Assembly: GCA_002269645.1 (NCBI GenBank)
Contig: NIVC01002217.1
Location: 169,146-191,614 of the forward strand
Source: Macrostomum lignano
Taxonomy: Eukaryota
Direction: 5' to 3'
Length of the DNA: 22,469 nucleotides
Below the pieces are notes generated by a model. The model had not been told where the DNA came from. It did no database searches and saw only the letters and a list, made by a program, of their open reading frames with translations. Both the position numbers and the translations under genes were made by a program. Positions 19,581 to 22,469 of the stretch are shown here, in pieces (the first letter of the stretch is position 1; every line of letters begins with the position of its first letter).

Positions 19581-20364
19581 AAGGCCAGGTGTTTTTAGCC
19601 TAAATCAACCGAGCACGCAGAATATCGAAGAGGCAGTGGTTAGGAATCAAATGTTAGGAATCAATAATTACCCAGCTGCACCAAGCAGCGTCACCTGCAT
19701 CCACTGTGGCGATACTTTAAGCCGGCTGTGCAATAAATGTTGCAGAAAATTGGATTCGGGTGCGGCTCTGCGCTCACTCTTGAAAGCTTCTGTCCTCGAG
19801 AAGGATTGCTGGCGTTCTGGAAATCCCAAATGGGATCTCGGTCGTCCTCCACCTCACCCTGATTAGATTATGCAAGAGCGGTCTCCTGGCAGCGGGGGAA
19901 GGAAGTACTTTCTGCTATCCAGTGCCGAGATCAGAATTCTTACACAAATCCCTATCAGATATCTGCGGCTGAGTGAGTGAGGTTTTTGCATGCGGAAATG
20001 CAACATGTAGGCTGATCATTTTAGCAGAAATGTTTCTCTTCCGTCAAAATAGCGTAAATTGAAAATTGATAACCAGAAAGTGGAGATCGTCGATGTACAG
20101 TAGTGTTTGTTGATGCATCAGTTTAAATTTATAACGATAAAGTTTGTGTCCTTTAAATTTTGATTCAGTCATAGGTAGTTTGAGTCGTAATACATAGTTC
20201 GGGTCAGAGATAACTTGAAATCTATATATACATTTGTAGATATATACGACGTATAGACTACGATACATTTCAGGGTAAAGTCAATTTGAAACATACATAC
20301 TTGAAGTAGTTTGGGTCATAGCGCTAGCCAGTTCGGGTCATCGATAGTTTGCGCCATGCACAGT

Positions 20365-20795
20365 TTGGGGATAAACAGTTTAGGTCATAGACAGTTTGGG
20401 TCTCATAGACATTTTGGATCTCATAGGCAGTTTGGATCTCATAGACAGTTTGGGTGATAGACAGTTTGGGTGATAGACAGTTTGGGTGATAGACAGTTTG
20501 GGTGATAGACAGTTTGGGTGATAGACAGTTTGGGTGATAGACAGTTTGGGTGATAGGCAGTTTGGGTCATAGACAGTTTGGGTGATAGACAGTTTGGGTG
20601 ATAGACAGTTTGGGTGATAGACAGTTTGGGTGATAAACAGTTTGGGTGATAGACAGTTTGGGTGATAGACAGTTTGGGTGATAGGCAGTTTGGGTCATAG
20701 ACAGTTTGGGTGATAGACGTTTGGGTGATAGACAGTTTGGGTAATGACAGTTTGGGTAATAGACAGTTTGGGTCATAGACAGTTCAGGTCATAGA
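20365..20795. repeat. 16 bp minisatellite GACAGTTTGGGTGATA, about 26 copies with degenerate edges
   Basis: Tandem periodicity. Confidence 0.93.
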
Positions 20796-21059
20796 AAGTT
20801 CATGTTTGAGGCAGCTTGAGTCATAGAGAATTCAGGATATTGACAGTTTTTCATCGACAGCATCACGCTTTACGACTCGCGATCCACAAAGCATAAAATT
20901 CACCTTCTTACAGAGCGGCATTGGAATGCAAAATTTCGCAGGGTGATGCAAAGCAAATTGAAAAACACGGTAACAGGGACTGGACAGCCAGTCAGACCCG
21001 GCACGATGTGCCTCGCAGAGACGAGCCAATCATTGGCGCCGCGGATTCCCTCGCCACCA

Positions 21060-21719
21060 TCAGGTACAGAACTCCGCCTTCGAGACCTCCTGGATTGTCA
21101 GCGTCGTGACGTCGACGGCCGCCGACCAGCGCCTCCGCTGACGAAGCCAAACCGGTGCGTCGGCGCCGCCGTTGGCTTCGCTGGGGTGGCTCCGCGGCCG
21201 CGCGGCTCTTCGACTCGCGCTGCGGCACCGGCAGCTCAGGATTCTGCCGGCCTGGCGCAGGAACTTCCTGTTGGTCAGGGCGATGAGGGCCAGGTTGCAG
21301 TAGGAGTCCGCCAGTACCAGCAGGTTGCCGAGCAGTCTGGTCAGCACCACGCGCTGGTCTCCTCGCGTTGATGTCCAGCACGGCCAGGGTGGCCGTCGGC
21401 AGCTCGCAGGCGGCGAAGGCGATGGCAACAAGTAGGACTCGCCGGCGGCGCGTCTCGACAGCCGGTCGCTCGGCGTCGACGCTGGCTGCGTGGCGCGGCA
21501 TCGGCGCGCGTCGCTGACTGACCAGGCCTGCGGGCTGCGGCGCAGGAACACGAGGTGGACGGCGATGATCAGCGAGAGGCAGCAGCGCCAGACCGGCCGG
21601 TAGGGGACCCTGCAGTGCGAAGACGATTGTGTGCACCAGGGCGTGGTTGGCCGACAGCGCCGGGCGTAGGCGGGTAGAGCGTCGGCGGTCACGTAGTCGC
21701 TGATGTTCTCGCTGAGAAG
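21060..21719 (-). CDS. Last exon (TM5-TM7 and C-tail) of a class A peptide-receptor-like GPCR (FMRFamide/myosuppressin/Srw-like), frameshifted; upstream exons lie beyond the window
   Basis: Acceptor aaaatcgcag|CTT at 21719. Mosaic of two frames gives LLSENISDY...LSANHALVHTIVFALQGPLPAGLAL/CLSLIIAVHLVFLRR (TM5), RRRRVLLVAIAFAACELPTATLAVL (TM6, CELP motif) and LLGNLLVLADSYCNLALIALTNRKF (TM7/H8); stop TGA at 21062-21060. At least four frame switches are needed, so this is a pseudogene or has consensus indel errors. Confidence 0.72.
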   Translation of the reverse strand, partial: LLSENISDYVTADALPAYARRCRPTTPWCTQSSSHCRVPYRPVWRCCLSLIIAVHLVFLRRSPQAWSVSDARRCRATQPASTPSDRLSRRAAGESYLLPSPSPPASCRRPPWPCWTSTRGDQRVVLTRLLGNLLVLADSYCNLALIALTNRKFLRQAGRILSCRCRSASRRAARPRSHPSEANGGADAPVWLRQRRRWSAAVDVTTLTIQEVSKAEFCT

Positions 21720-21837
21720 CTGCGATTTTGGCAGTGGGGGTAGCGGCAGTGCGTGTGCTATTGGTGTGCGTCTGTGTTGCCGTGTCTATGTAGACTTTTC
21801 ATTTACGAAAGTTGATCACTGAGCATGTATTTCTGAA

Positions 21838-22425
21838 GGGAGTGAGGTGGTTGGGCAAGGAGCGAGGTGGTTGGCAGGAGTGAGGTGGTTGGGCAGGGAG
21901 TGAGGTGGTTGGGCAGGGGTGAGGTGGTTGGGCAGGGGGTGAGGTGGTTGGGCAGGGAGTGAGGTGGCTGGGCAGGGAGTGAGGTGGCTGGGCAGGGAGT
22001 GAGGTGGTTGGGCAGGAAGTGATGGTGGGCAGGGGGTGAGGTGGTTGGGCAGGGAGTGAGGTGGTTGAGCAGAGTGAGGTGGTTGGGCAGGGAGTGAGGT
22101 GGCTGGGCAGGAAGTGAGGTGGTTGGGCAGGGAGTGAGGTGGTTGGCAGGAATGAGGTGGCTGGCAGGGGGTGAGGTGGTTGGGCAGGGAGTGAGGTGGT
22201 TGAGCAGGGAGTGAGGTGGTTGGCAGGGAGTGAGGTGGTGGGCAGGGGTGAGGTGGCTGGGCAGGAAGTGATGGCTGGGCAGGGGTGAGGTGGCTGGGCG
22301 GGGTGAGGTGGTTGGGCAGGGGAGGTGGTGGGCAGGGAGTGAGGTGTTGGCAGGGAGTGAGGTGGTTGGGCAGAAGTGAGGTGGCTGGGCAGGGGGTGAG
22401 GTGGCTGAGGGGGGTGAGGTGGCTT
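21838..22425. repeat. G-rich minisatellite, ~20 bp unit GGGAGTGAGGTGGTTGGGCA, about 29 copies (in the GPCR intron)
   Basis: Tandem periodicity. Confidence 0.93.
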
Positions 22426-22469
22426 CGCAGTTAAAAATCAATTGATAAAAAATCGAAATTGATTGCAAA

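Noticed and set aside
20365-20795. Telomere-like TTTGGG repeats
   Set aside because: TTTGGG is only part of a 16 bp unit, not a pure telomeric array.
20943-21371. Plus-strand 142 aa ORF
   Set aside because: Antisense shadow of the GC-rich GPCR exon with no recognisable motif.

Overview
Eukaryotic (metazoan) genomic DNA. Small GC-rich exons are separated by GT-AG introns, and roughly 45% of the window (about 10 kb) is tandem repeat. Contents: (1) the 3' nine exons of a divergent ionotropic glutamate receptor (iGluR)-like gene (+, 1-7074, starts upstream of the window); (2) a complete 13-exon tandem paralog (+, 8526-18140, 848 aa by my splice model: signal peptide, ATD, S1, M1-M3, S2, M4, very short tail); (3) the last exon of a convergent class A peptide-type GPCR (-, 21060-21719) carrying several frameshifts; (4) an antisense tRNA-derived CORE-type SINE; (5) about 19 different mini/microsatellites. 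Highlights: a perfect RFX X-box 124 bp upstream of paralog 2; non-canonical ligand-binding and gate residues, which together with the X-box suggest a ciliary sensory iGluR-like family; one exon ~99% identical between otherwise 43-58% identical paralog exons (exon-limited gene conversion); and homologous introns independently filled with unrelated, often hairpin-forming minisatellites. The style (GC-rich codons, minisatellite-stuffed introns) would fit a flatworm such as Macrostomum, but that is inference only. Most long ORFs in the supplied track are repeat artefacts.
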